DNA from: Candidatus Sulfotelmatobacter sp.
GTDB taxonomy: Bacteria; Acidobacteriota; Terriglobia; Terriglobales; Acidobacteriaceae
Direction: 5' to 3'
Length of the DNA: 64,000 nt
NCBI GenBank assembly: GCA_035486795.1
Contig: DATHMS010000025.1
Location: 16 to 64,015 of the forward strand
Shown here: positions 36,723 through 44,657 of the stretch, piece after piece
Layout: each line of letters starts with the position of its first letter
Position numbering within the stretch: the stretch's first letter is position 1
The notes under the pieces: model-generated
What the model saw: the letters and a program-made list of their open reading frames with translations, nothing else
Databases searched by the model: none
What the model was told of the DNA's origin: nothing
Program-made: the position numbers and the translations under genes

Positions 36723-37676
36723 TCATGCGCGAATACCCATGCAGAGAGGGTCGCGCGGGTCCAGGACCAGTTCGCTCTCAGCGTTCACAAATGCCGATCC
36801 CTTGATGCTGGGATACACCTTGCCATCGCGTACTTTCACACTGCCTTCAAACACACTGCCAACAATGCTCTCCTGCTTCCACGTCTGACCTTCGCGGATT
36901 TTGCCGTCCGCATAGAGGCAAGCAAGCTTGGCACTGGTTCCGGTTCCACAGGGAGAACGATCATAGGCTTTGCCTGGACAGAGCACAAAATTCTTGCTGT
37001 CCACTCCCGGAAGCTGAGATGGGCCAAACAGCTCGACGTGGTCAATCTCCTTCCCATCGGAGCCGGCGATGCCAGCGTCGCGAAGCGCTTTGCGGATCGC
37101 CCAACTGATGGCCGTGAGTTCGTCGACGTTTTGCAGCGTTAGTTCCATGGTGTGTTCACGTACCAGGAAAAACCAGTTCCCACCCCAGGCTACATCGCCG
37201 TGCACCTGGCCGAATCCAGGTACGTCGACTGCAACATTGGCCGCGCTGCGATAACTCGCGACATTGTTGACGGTAACTTCGCCGCCTTCATGCAGAACTG
37301 CGGTTACAGTGCCGACCGGCGTCTCGATCTGGTGCTCGCCCGGTTTGATGCGGTTCATGTAGGCCAATGTTGCGACCAGGCCAATGGTTCCGTGACCGCA
37401 CATGCCGAGGTAGCCGACGTTATTAAAGAAGATGACACCGGCAACGCACGCGGAGTCCAGGGGATCGCAGAGCAATGCGCCAACCATGACGTCGGAACCG
37501 CGTGGCTCGTTGACCACGGCAGAGCGAAAGCTGTCGTAGTTGCGGCGAAAGCATTCCAAGCGGTCAGAAAGCGGACCAGTTCCAAGGTCAGGGCCACCGC
37601 TCACAACCAATCGGGTCGGCTCGCCCCCGGTATGGGAGTCGATGACCCGAACGCGATGGGATTCCCTACTTTTCAT
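36723..37676 (-). CDS. proline racemase family protein (4-hydroxyproline 2-epimerase-like)
   Basis: ATG 37676 after GAGGGAAA. VIDSHTGGEPTR, with catalytic Cys contexts MCGHGTIG and DRSPCGTGTSA. Confidence 0.85.
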   Translation of the reverse strand: MKSRESHRVRVIDSHTGGEPTRLVVSGGPDLGTGPLSDRLECFRRNYDSFRSAVVNEPRGSDVMVGALLCDPLDSACVAGVIFFNNVGYLGMCGHGTIGLVATLAYMNRIKPGEHQIETPVGTVTAVLHEGGEVTVNNVASYRSAANVAVDVPGFGQVHGDVAWGGNWFFLVREHTMELTLQNVDELTAISWAIRKALRDAGIAGSDGKEIDHVELFGPSQLPGVDSKNFVLCPGKAYDRSPCGTGTSAKLACLYADGKIREGQTWKQESIVGSVFEGSVKVRDGKVYPSIKGSAFVNAESELVLDPRDPLCMGIRA

Positions 37677-37804
37677 TTTCCCTCGCTCTGGCTTCCACAA
37701 CAATGATGAGGCTAACGAGACCAGGAGATCCAGAACCGTGAGCGTTCGCAAAAGCTGTCTGGTTCATGAGATACAGTATGCGTGATCGCGATCTTGAGTC
37801 CATT

Positions 37805-39463
37805 TTAGATTCGCTTGGAATTACGTGCTCCGTTGGGACTATGCGGTGGGATCTTCATCGCCCTGACGACTACCGGGCGATGGAGAACAGTTTCCAGCAG
37901 GTGGCGTTCGGCTGCGATGGTCCGGGCGGAAGGTCCGAGCGGCGAATAACCTTCGGCGCTTATCATCAGAGCCGCGCCCTTGGCTAAGCCTCCGGCGTAT
38001 TTGCGCAGGAATCCATTCGTGGGTTTCTTGCGATCAGCTTCGGCTTTGGTCTGAATACTTCTCCTCGGAACGTCTCCAATCTGAATGCGGCGTATGTGGC
38101 CGTCGTGCCCAGCATCCAAGGCGTTAGCCAGGCGCAGAATGGCGGTTAGCTGGATGGTTGCTTTCTGCTCGTCGGACATGAGGTCCGCGAGAGCTCTGTG
38201 CTTTCTGGTGGGCAGGGATCCGCGGTGAAAGCGGGCAACGATGGCGGAGCGTTGCAGGTCGGCGGGCTTCCAACCTAACGGATTGCCATGCGCGCGAATC
38301 ATGTCGAAGGAAGTTTTGTGATGTCCCTTCTGGCCTTTGGACTTGCCTACATCATGCAATAGGGCAGCTGCGAGCAGGCTGGAGCGGGCAGAAGAGCCGT
38401 CAACCGAAGGCAGCCAGCCGGAAGCTAGAAGGCCGTCGTAGAGCTGAAGGGCGAGACCGGCTACGCGCTCAGAATGGGCAAAGTCGGGATCGAGGCCGTT
38501 CGCCCAGAGCTTCATGCGCCGCGTGGCCAGCGCTTGAATCTGCTTGCCTTGCGGCAGGGCGGCGCGCCAGACTTGCCAGAGAGAGTCGGGGCCGACCATC
38601 TTCTTGCGGTAGCGCTCGATACGCTGGTTGCGCTCGCGGAGAATCCGTTCGTGCCATAACCGACGCGAATCTGCATCAGGGAAAATGTGACAGGAGATTG
38701 CTGTGGCCCAGAGCACGTCGAGGTCGTGGACCTCGCCCAGCAAGTCCTGCGCGTCTTTGAGGTCGTTGCTCCAGGCCTTGTGTTCGACGGGCAGAAAATT
38801 CTCAACGATGTAGCGGAAGCGCTTGATGCCAATGCGGAGGCTGTGAAACGCGGCCTGAGAGCGGTTGCGCAAGGCACGATGGTGGAGTTCGCGGGCTTGG
38901 GTCCAGCGCTCCAGGGCGAGATGCTTGAATAGAGCACTGCCCAAGCGGACATGGGCGGCTCGCGCAGGAAGGGAGCGGGTCCACTGACGCCACTGTTTAC
39001 GGTCGAATTCTTCGAGAGCGGCATGGGCTTCCAGCTTTTGTTCTGCTTCGTGCGCGGCGAGGATTCTGAGCAGGGCCTGGGCTGCGGGATCGGCGTTTGA
39101 AATGGATTCGTTATTCGGTTGAGATGGAAGCAAAACAGGCAAGGGTGTCTGCTCCACACCTGCTTCGTTAAGGCCCAGCCTTTCGATCCACTCAATCATG
39201 ACCTGGATATCGCGCAAGGCGCCAAGCCGCTGAAACAGGCGCTTGCCAGCCTTTCTCATAGCCTTCCAGTTGGGATCGGGATCGAGAGCGTTCAGCCCGT
39301 CGGCCAGGGAGCGGCAGCGGCGCAAGGAAACGCGCAGGTCATGAACGGGATCTGCGCTAAAATCGGCGGCGACGTGGTCGCACTCCTCGGACACACGCGT
39401 CATCCAGTAGCGCAGGCCCGTTGTTTTCTTAGCGCGTGTGCTGTGAGTGGTTGAGGAAAACAC
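37805..39463 (-). CDS. CHAD-domain protein fused to an HD phosphohydrolase domain
   Basis: CHAD-type repeats (VHDLRVSLRRCRSL, FHSLRIGIKRFRYIVENF). C-terminal LLHDVGKSKGQKGHHKTS (HD). GTG start. Confidence 0.75.
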   Translation of the reverse strand: MFSSTTHSTRAKKTTGLRYWMTRVSEECDHVAADFSADPVHDLRVSLRRCRSLADGLNALDPDPNWKAMRKAGKRLFQRLGALRDIQVMIEWIERLGLNEAGVEQTPLPVLLPSQPNNESISNADPAAQALLRILAAHEAEQKLEAHAALEEFDRKQWRQWTRSLPARAAHVRLGSALFKHLALERWTQARELHHRALRNRSQAAFHSLRIGIKRFRYIVENFLPVEHKAWSNDLKDAQDLLGEVHDLDVLWATAISCHIFPDADSRRLWHERILRERNQRIERYRKKMVGPDSLWQVWRAALPQGKQIQALATRRMKLWANGLDPDFAHSERVAGLALQLYDGLLASGWLPSVDGSSARSSLLAAALLHDVGKSKGQKGHHKTSFDMIRAHGNPLGWKPADLQRSAIVARFHRGSLPTRKHRALADLMSDEQKATIQLTAILRLANALDAGHDGHIRRIQIGDVPRRSIQTKAEADRKKPTNGFLRKYAGGLAKGAALMISAEGYSPLGPSARTIAAERHLLETVLHRPVVVRAMKIPPHSPNGARNSKRI

Positions 39464-39690
39464 TAAGGTTCCGGGAAGCGGAGGATGCTCTTGCCAATTC
39501 TGCCCGTTACCTCCGTAACGTGCAACCCCTTACCTGTTGCATTTAACCTTTTAGTGCCTATAGGTATCTAGAGCCAGAACTGCGGGTTGAGGGGTGTTTT
39601 ATCAGCGACGCTACCACATTTCACGCAAACCGGGCGGCCTCTGCGCGCGCTTTTGTCCACAGCCTGAATATTCTAATCAAGTACGCGCGC

Positions 39691-42339
39691 ATGTACGGCC
39701 CTGATCACAAGCGTACCGAGGCCCAGTTCGAAACCGCCTGGAACGAATTGCAGCATGGTCTACCCGCAGCGGGAGAGGGCGGCTTCTTGCTGGGTGTTTC
39801 CGACAACAAGCTGCTGCTGGATGGAGTTCCGCTGGAAGCGGGACAGACCGAACGCAGCTTTGGCCAGCTCCTGAGCACGGCCGGCCTGGCTAGTTTGCAC
39901 TTCTCCAAAGATGTAACCATCGAGGACTTTGCCCGCCTGGTGAGGGCGTTCACCGTGGCTGGCTCCAAAGCCCAGGACGTGGCCAAACAGATCAAAGAAG
40001 CTCTCAGCGGCGGAAGCAAACAGAGCACGATCAAGATCAATGAAGTTAAATTTGTGGCGGCCGACCCGTTGACCGGCGATATCAGCGTGGCGGCACAGAT
40101 CGCGGCACAAACCCTGGGACCGGAATTCAAGCAATGGCTGAACGATCCGCAGAAGTTGCTGCAATTGATCGCAGCGGCCGAAGGCGCCAACTCGGGGGGC
40201 GGAGGCCAGGCTGGCGGCACCGTCGTTCCGTTCGGAAGCGTTCCGAACGCTTCCGGCCACTGGGTTGCCGGACCGGCAACCGGGGCCACTGCGACCGGAA
40301 GTGGAACGGGGACTGCTCCGGCCTGGGAAGGTGGAGTGGTACCGCTGCAGGAGGCTGAAGTAATTCAGGCCATCCGTCTGCTGACGCGATTTGGTCAAGT
40401 GCAGGACGATCCTAATGCGAATCCGGAGGCTCTGCAGAAAGAGCTGACCGAAGTCGACCCGAACACACGTTTGAACCTGCAGCAGCTGCTGGGCAGCCTG
40501 GCCGCCAAGGCGGCAACTACTCAAGAGGAAGACACGCCGCTGCTGATGAAGGCAGCGGAGCACATGGCAATCCGCTTCGCGCTCGAGCGCTATTCCAAAG
40601 GCGAAGTGAAAGTCAATGCCGTGCACCAGATGATGGAGCACATGAGCCGGCAGATGGACTCGCTGCGCGGGATTCTGAAGTTGCAAGAAGAAAAGATGAA
40701 CAAGGCGGGCATCCTGGTGGAGTCGCACGCCGACATTCTGGACCGGATGTTCTGGGCGGAAGTGCCGGAGTCGGGAAAGAAGACGGTGCTGCTCTCAAAT
40801 GAAGCTCCGTGCGTGCCGCCGCGCAATCTGCGCCAGTTTGTGGAAGTGCTGCTCGACCGCGACGACAAGCAAACGTCGGCCGAAATTCTGAACAACTATT
40901 CCGGTTGCCTGGTCAGCAAGGATCAGGAACCGCGGCGTAAGACGGCGATTGGATTGAGCCAGCTGGCCGACCTTTACGCCCGGCTGGGTGGCGAAGCCAT
41001 GGGCAAGGCCATCCACCAGGTAAGTGAGCAGCTGTGCGTGGAGAAAGATCCTGAACTGCAAAGCTTGCTGAGCGCGGCATTTGTGCGACTGAGCCAAGAG
41101 GCCAGCGAAGCCAAGAATTATCAGGCGGTAAACGAAGTATGCACGGGCATGGAACTGCTGCTGCAGCAACGTCCAGTAATGGTGAACGACTTGCGCCCGC
41201 GGGTGGGCGTAGAAAACCGGATTCCAGAGTTCATTGAGGAAGCGTTGCACTATGAGCCGGTGCCCGCAGACTTGCTCTTAATCCTGCGGCGCACTTGCCA
41301 ATCGGGCGCCGAACATCTGGCCGACCGGTTCTTCCGTTGTATGCGGCGCGACGAGTGCGACCGCATGGTCGAACTGGTCAAGGAGATGGGAAGTCCGGCC
41401 CTGACGCAACTGCGGGAGATTCTGCGCACCGGGCAGCCACGACAGGCATCGGCGGTCGTGGGGCTGATGAGCCGTCTCGATGTGAGCACCTTGCTTGAGC
41501 TCTTGCCGTCGCGATTGCCCGAGTGGAACCGGTTCTACCACGACATCGTAGTGCGCCAGATCGCGTACGGAGCTGCTCCGGACCGCGGCCGAACGCTGCT
41601 GGAGCTGGCGGAGGTGCTGGATTCGGTGGTGTTGCCGGAAACCATCGACGAAATCGGAATGAGTGGTGATCTGACGGCTGCTCCGCCGCTGGTCGCAATG
41701 GCCAAGCCGGGCGAAGCCGCTTCACGTTCGCCATTTGTGCAACTGAAAGCGATCGAGTCCCTGGGCCGGCTACGGGATCCGGAGGCGGTGTCGCTATTGC
41801 GTGAGATCGTGGAGACGAAGAAAACTTTTGGATGGGTTCATCACCGCGAGCTGCGGATTGCGGCAGCGCAGTCGCTCTCGAAAACCGACCCGCGCTACAG
41901 TGGCCAGATTCTCTCCGATAGCGGCATCGAGGCGGCGGAACTGGCGATTGCGCCTCTGGATACGGCTCCGGCATGCCCGTGGGTCCGGCAGCGGCGTTAC
42001 GAGCGCATGGTACTGGCTCGCTCGATTAGCGCCTCGATCGGAAGTTCGTGGGGAAAGTCGAAGATTCTGATCCGCGAGTTGAGTCTAGGCGGAGGGATGG
42101 GCACCAAGGAAGACAATCTGCGCATTGGCAGCGAGGCCGATTTGGAGATTTCCTTGGGCATGAGGTCGAAGATTCGCGCGCATGTGCTGCTACGCCGGGC
42201 GCGGGTGAACGAAGTAGGCTTCGAGATCGTGAATACCGATCTGGAAAGCCGCTACCGCTTGCGCCGGGTGCTGGTGGAGGCTATGAGCCGGAGCACACAG
42301 AGCAAGGATCAGCAGTGGAGCGGGGAGCGGAAGGTCTAA
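39691..42339 (+). CDS. large alpha-helical (HEAT-like) protein with C-terminal PilZ domain
   Basis: C-terminus has RQRRYER (RxxxR) and ELSLGGG (D/NxSxxG-like). HEAT-like AIESLGRLRDPEAVSLL. The frame is open back to 39547 and reads protein-like, so the start may be GTG 39595. Confidence 0.65.
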   Translation: MYGPDHKRTEAQFETAWNELQHGLPAAGEGGFLLGVSDNKLLLDGVPLEAGQTERSFGQLLSTAGLASLHFSKDVTIEDFARLVRAFTVAGSKAQDVAKQIKEALSGGSKQSTIKINEVKFVAADPLTGDISVAAQIAAQTLGPEFKQWLNDPQKLLQLIAAAEGANSGGGGQAGGTVVPFGSVPNASGHWVAGPATGATATGSGTGTAPAWEGGVVPLQEAEVIQAIRLLTRFGQVQDDPNANPEALQKELTEVDPNTRLNLQQLLGSLAAKAATTQEEDTPLLMKAAEHMAIRFALERYSKGEVKVNAVHQMMEHMSRQMDSLRGILKLQEEKMNKAGILVESHADILDRMFWAEVPESGKKTVLLSNEAPCVPPRNLRQFVEVLLDRDDKQTSAEILNNYSGCLVSKDQEPRRKTAIGLSQLADLYARLGGEAMGKAIHQVSEQLCVEKDPELQSLLSAAFVRLSQEASEAKNYQAVNEVCTGMELLLQQRPVMVNDLRPRVGVENRIPEFIEEALHYEPVPADLLLILRRTCQSGAEHLADRFFRCMRRDECDRMVELVKEMGSPALTQLREILRTGQPRQASAVVGLMSRLDVSTLLELLPSRLPEWNRFYHDIVVRQIAYGAAPDRGRTLLELAEVLDSVVLPETIDEIGMSGDLTAAPPLVAMAKPGEAASRSPFVQLKAIESLGRLRDPEAVSLLREIVETKKTFGWVHHRELRIAAAQSLSKTDPRYSGQILSDSGIEAAELAIAPLDTAPACPWVRQRRYERMVLARSISASIGSSWGKSKILIRELSLGGGMGTKEDNLRIGSEADLEISLGMRSKIRAHVLLRRARVNEVGFEIVNTDLESRYRLRRVLVEAMSRSTQSKDQQWSGERKV

Positions 42340-42353
42340 CGGCAAAGTTTCAA

Positions 42354-42515
42354 GGTTTCAGAGTTTCAAGGTTTCGTGGGCAGCACCTAAGCGCCCCAGC
42401 CGCTTGGATTTCCCCGAGATCGCGCCCTTCAGAAAGTCAAAAGCCTCTGCCGCAGGCAGAGGCTTTTGCTATTTAGGAACCCTGAAACTCTCTGAAACCT
42501 TGAAACTCTGAAACC
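42354..42515. repeat. 22-bp perfect inverted repeats enclosing a terminator
   Basis: GGTTTCAGAGTTTCAAGGTTTC (42354-42375) and its exact reverse complement (42494-42515), 118 bp apart. Confidence 0.85.
42439..42467. terminator. bidirectional rho-independent terminator
   Basis: AAAA-GCCTCTGCC-gca-GGCAGAGGC-TTTT between the convergent PilZ-protein gene and atpE. Confidence 0.75.
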
Positions 42516-42527
42516 TAGAAGCCTGCT

Positions 42528-42830
42528 TTACTTCACCTTGACGAAGATGATCACCAGGGTGTAAAGCGCGAGCGACTCGATTAGAGCCAAGCCTAGAATC
42601 AAAGCCAGTTGAATTCCGGGACGAGCGGCCGGATTGCGGGCCAGACCCTCGGCAGCGGCAGCAGTTGCTTTGCCCTGCGCCAGGGCACAGATCCCCGAGG
42701 CAAAGGCCATGGAGAATCCGGCTGCGATGGCAACCCAGTTGACGCCACTTGAGGGCTCGCCCTGCGCGAAGGCCGGAACGGCGAACGAGAGGGCAGACAG
42801 TACGAGGAACAGTTTACTCAGCTTACCCAT
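42528..42830 (-). CDS. atpE: F0F1 ATP synthase subunit c with signal-like N-terminal extension
   Basis: GLARNPAARPG loop and ALIESLALYTLVIIF helix 2. Strong AAGGAG RBS. Extra N-terminus MGKLSKLFLVLSALSFAVPAFAQG. Confidence 0.85.
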   Translation of the reverse strand: MGKLSKLFLVLSALSFAVPAFAQGEPSSGVNWVAIAAGFSMAFASGICALAQGKATAAAAEGLARNPAARPGIQLALILGLALIESLALYTLVIIFVKVK

Positions 42831-43040
42831 TTGTGTTTCTCCTTGTATGAAATACCGCTAGTGGGTGGTTGACGCCATCCCTTGCAGACGCCCTCACGCT
42901 TGCGGCTGAAAATCTGAAAATCAGTGGCCAGTGGTCAGTTGCCAGTAGCCGGTAAAACCTTAGGTTCCAGTGCCATTTCAGCTAACTCGTCCGAGCCCTC
43001 TCTTACTGGCCACTCGCCAATGATCACTGGCAACCGCCTT

Positions 43041-43772
43041 TCAGTGCTCTTCCGACACCGCACCCTGCAAATAGACGGTGGTAAGCAGCACGAAAATATA
43101 TGTCTGCAGCAGCGACACGCCGATGTGCAGTCCTAGGAACACGATGGGAACGCCGATGGGGACGAGCGAAATGAAAACCAACGTGACCAGATCACCGGCC
43201 AGCATATTCGCGGTAAGGCGGATGGTCAGCGAGAGCACGCGAGCCAGATGGCTGATCAGTTCGATCGGAATCATCAGCGGCGATAAGGCAGGCACGGGCC
43301 CAGCAAAATGTTTCAGGTAGCCGATTCCGGCGTGCTTGAATCCCTGGGTCTGGTAGTACACGAAGGCGCAGATCGCGCAGCCTAAAGGAACGATGGGCAC
43401 GGCGGTCGGCGATTCGAAGCTGGGAATCACGCCGATCAGATTGCAGAACAGGATGAAGAGACCCAGCACTACCAGGAAGGCAGTGTAGCCTTCGCTGTGA
43501 TGCCCGATGATTTCGTCGCTTTGTCCCTGGATGAATCCCTCTACGCCTTCAAACGTGTGCTGCAACGCGCCTGGATGGTCCACAGAAAGGCGCGAACGAA
43601 CCAGAAGGAACAGAACCAGCAGGAAAACGAAAACCAGAACCTCCATCGCCAGCGAGTTTGGGATGGGGGCCGTCGGATGCTTAGGTTGTAGGTGCAACGC
43701 CAGCAGCAACGCCGTGACTGGGCCTGCGAACAGACGATTGAGGATGGCGGTGAACCAGAGTTGTTCAGGCAT
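43041..43772 (-). CDS. atpB: F0F1 ATP synthase subunit a
   Basis: LSLTIRLTANMLAGDL carries the essential Arg. Multi-TM protein. Confidence 0.9.
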   Translation of the reverse strand: MPEQLWFTAILNRLFAGPVTALLLALHLQPKHPTAPIPNSLAMEVLVFVFLLVLFLLVRSRLSVDHPGALQHTFEGVEGFIQGQSDEIIGHHSEGYTAFLVVLGLFILFCNLIGVIPSFESPTAVPIVPLGCAICAFVYYQTQGFKHAGIGYLKHFAGPVPALSPLMIPIELISHLARVLSLTIRLTANMLAGDLVTLVFISLVPIGVPIVFLGLHIGVSLLQTYIFVLLTTVYLQGAVSEEH

Positions 43773-43782
43773 AAGAAAGCTT

Positions 43783-43803
43783 CTAGCTGCTAGCTCCTAG
43801 CTC
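43783..43803. repeat. 7-nt tandem repeat x3 in the atpI-atpB spacer
   Basis: CTAGCTG CTAGCTC CTAGCTC. Confidence 0.8.
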
Positions 43804-43827
43804 TTTCATAAGCAGGCCAGCTTCCCG

Positions 43828-44274
43828 CTAGACCCCTCGAGCCAGCGCTGCATACAGTTCATAAACTGCTTCGCATCCGATGGCTCCAACAGGCAAAAAT
43901 AAGCCCGCAAGAAGCCCGTCCAGGCTCGCGGGTGAAACAGTCAATATAACATAGGCGCCAAAGGCCATCAAAAAGTAACGCAGCAGGAAGCGAAAGATAA
44001 TTCCCTGCCCTGATTGCGACGTGGCCGCTCCGCTGGCGCGATCGACAAAACCGGCAATCACGCGCTTGAGCCAGTGAAAATTGACGTAGGCAATGGCACA
44101 TCCGCATGCGAAGCCGACGGCTGAACGCCAGCCAAACTTCCACCAGAACGCCAAAACCAGCAATGGAGCGAGCAGTGCCATGAAGCGGCCGATGCGAAGT
44201 AGAGCGCGAGAGTAGAAGTGCTCTGCCGCGACAGCCTGTGCTGCTTCGGATTCGTTTTCTAGTTGGTCTGACAT
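43828..44274 (-). CDS. atpI: ATP synthase protein I-like membrane protein
   Basis: 148 aa with 4 TM helices, positioned immediately upstream of atpB. FHWLKRV-type helix. Confidence 0.6.
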   Translation of the reverse strand: MSDQLENESEAAQAVAAEHFYSRALLRIGRFMALLAPLLVLAFWWKFGWRSAVGFACGCAIAYVNFHWLKRVIAGFVDRASGAATSQSGQGIIFRFLLRYFLMAFGAYVILTVSPASLDGLLAGLFLPVGAIGCEAVYELYAALARGV

Positions 44275-44301
44275 CCCGGTCTGACATCATGGTCTGACAT
44301 C
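44265..44301. repeat. 13-nt tandem triplication containing the atpI start codon
   Basis: GGTCTGACATC occurs at 44265, 44278 and 44291. On the minus strand this places three ATGTCAGACC start contexts, one in each reading frame. Confidence 0.85.
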
Positions 44302-44325
44302 GCCGCTACTGGATAGCGACCCTGA

Positions 44326-44583
44326 TCACTTCGTATCCCGCAAAACGGTGCGTATCAGCTCGAAGAAACCGGCAGCGATGCCCAAGAGAATGCCAGCCAA
44401 GTATAGCCACGTGGTGTGCAACCATCGGTCGAGAGCCGCGCCGACCAGCCATCCGACGACAAGAGCGGCGGGAAAGATGAAAGCCAGTTGGCTATATCGA
44501 GCTGCCTGAACCCAGAAATTCTCTTTGCGACCGGAGTCTTGACGGTCGGGGGATGGGTCGGCGGGAGGGATTTGCATCGCCAT
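44326..44583 (-). CDS. AtpZ/ATPase_gene1-like small membrane protein
   Basis: 85 aa with two TM helices (YSQLAFIFPAALVVGWLVGAALD, LYLAGILLGIAAGFFEL), at the head of the atp genes. Confidence 0.6.
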   Translation of the reverse strand: MAMQIPPADPSPDRQDSGRKENFWVQAARYSQLAFIFPAALVVGWLVGAALDRWLHTTWLYLAGILLGIAAGFFELIRTVLRDTK

Positions 44584-44591
44584 GTCTGATC

Positions 44592-44657
44592 CAGATTTAG
44601 CAGACCCACGTTCCGCGGACCCAGGTTCGGCAGACTCAGGTTCGGCAGACTCAGGTT
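44592..44657. repeat. 15-nt tandem array (about 4.4 copies) filling the nuoN-atpZ spacer
   Basis: Two identical units CAGGTTCGGCAGACT (44622, 44637) and a partial third unit. They are preceded by two 11/15-matching units at 44592 and 44607. Confidence 0.75.
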
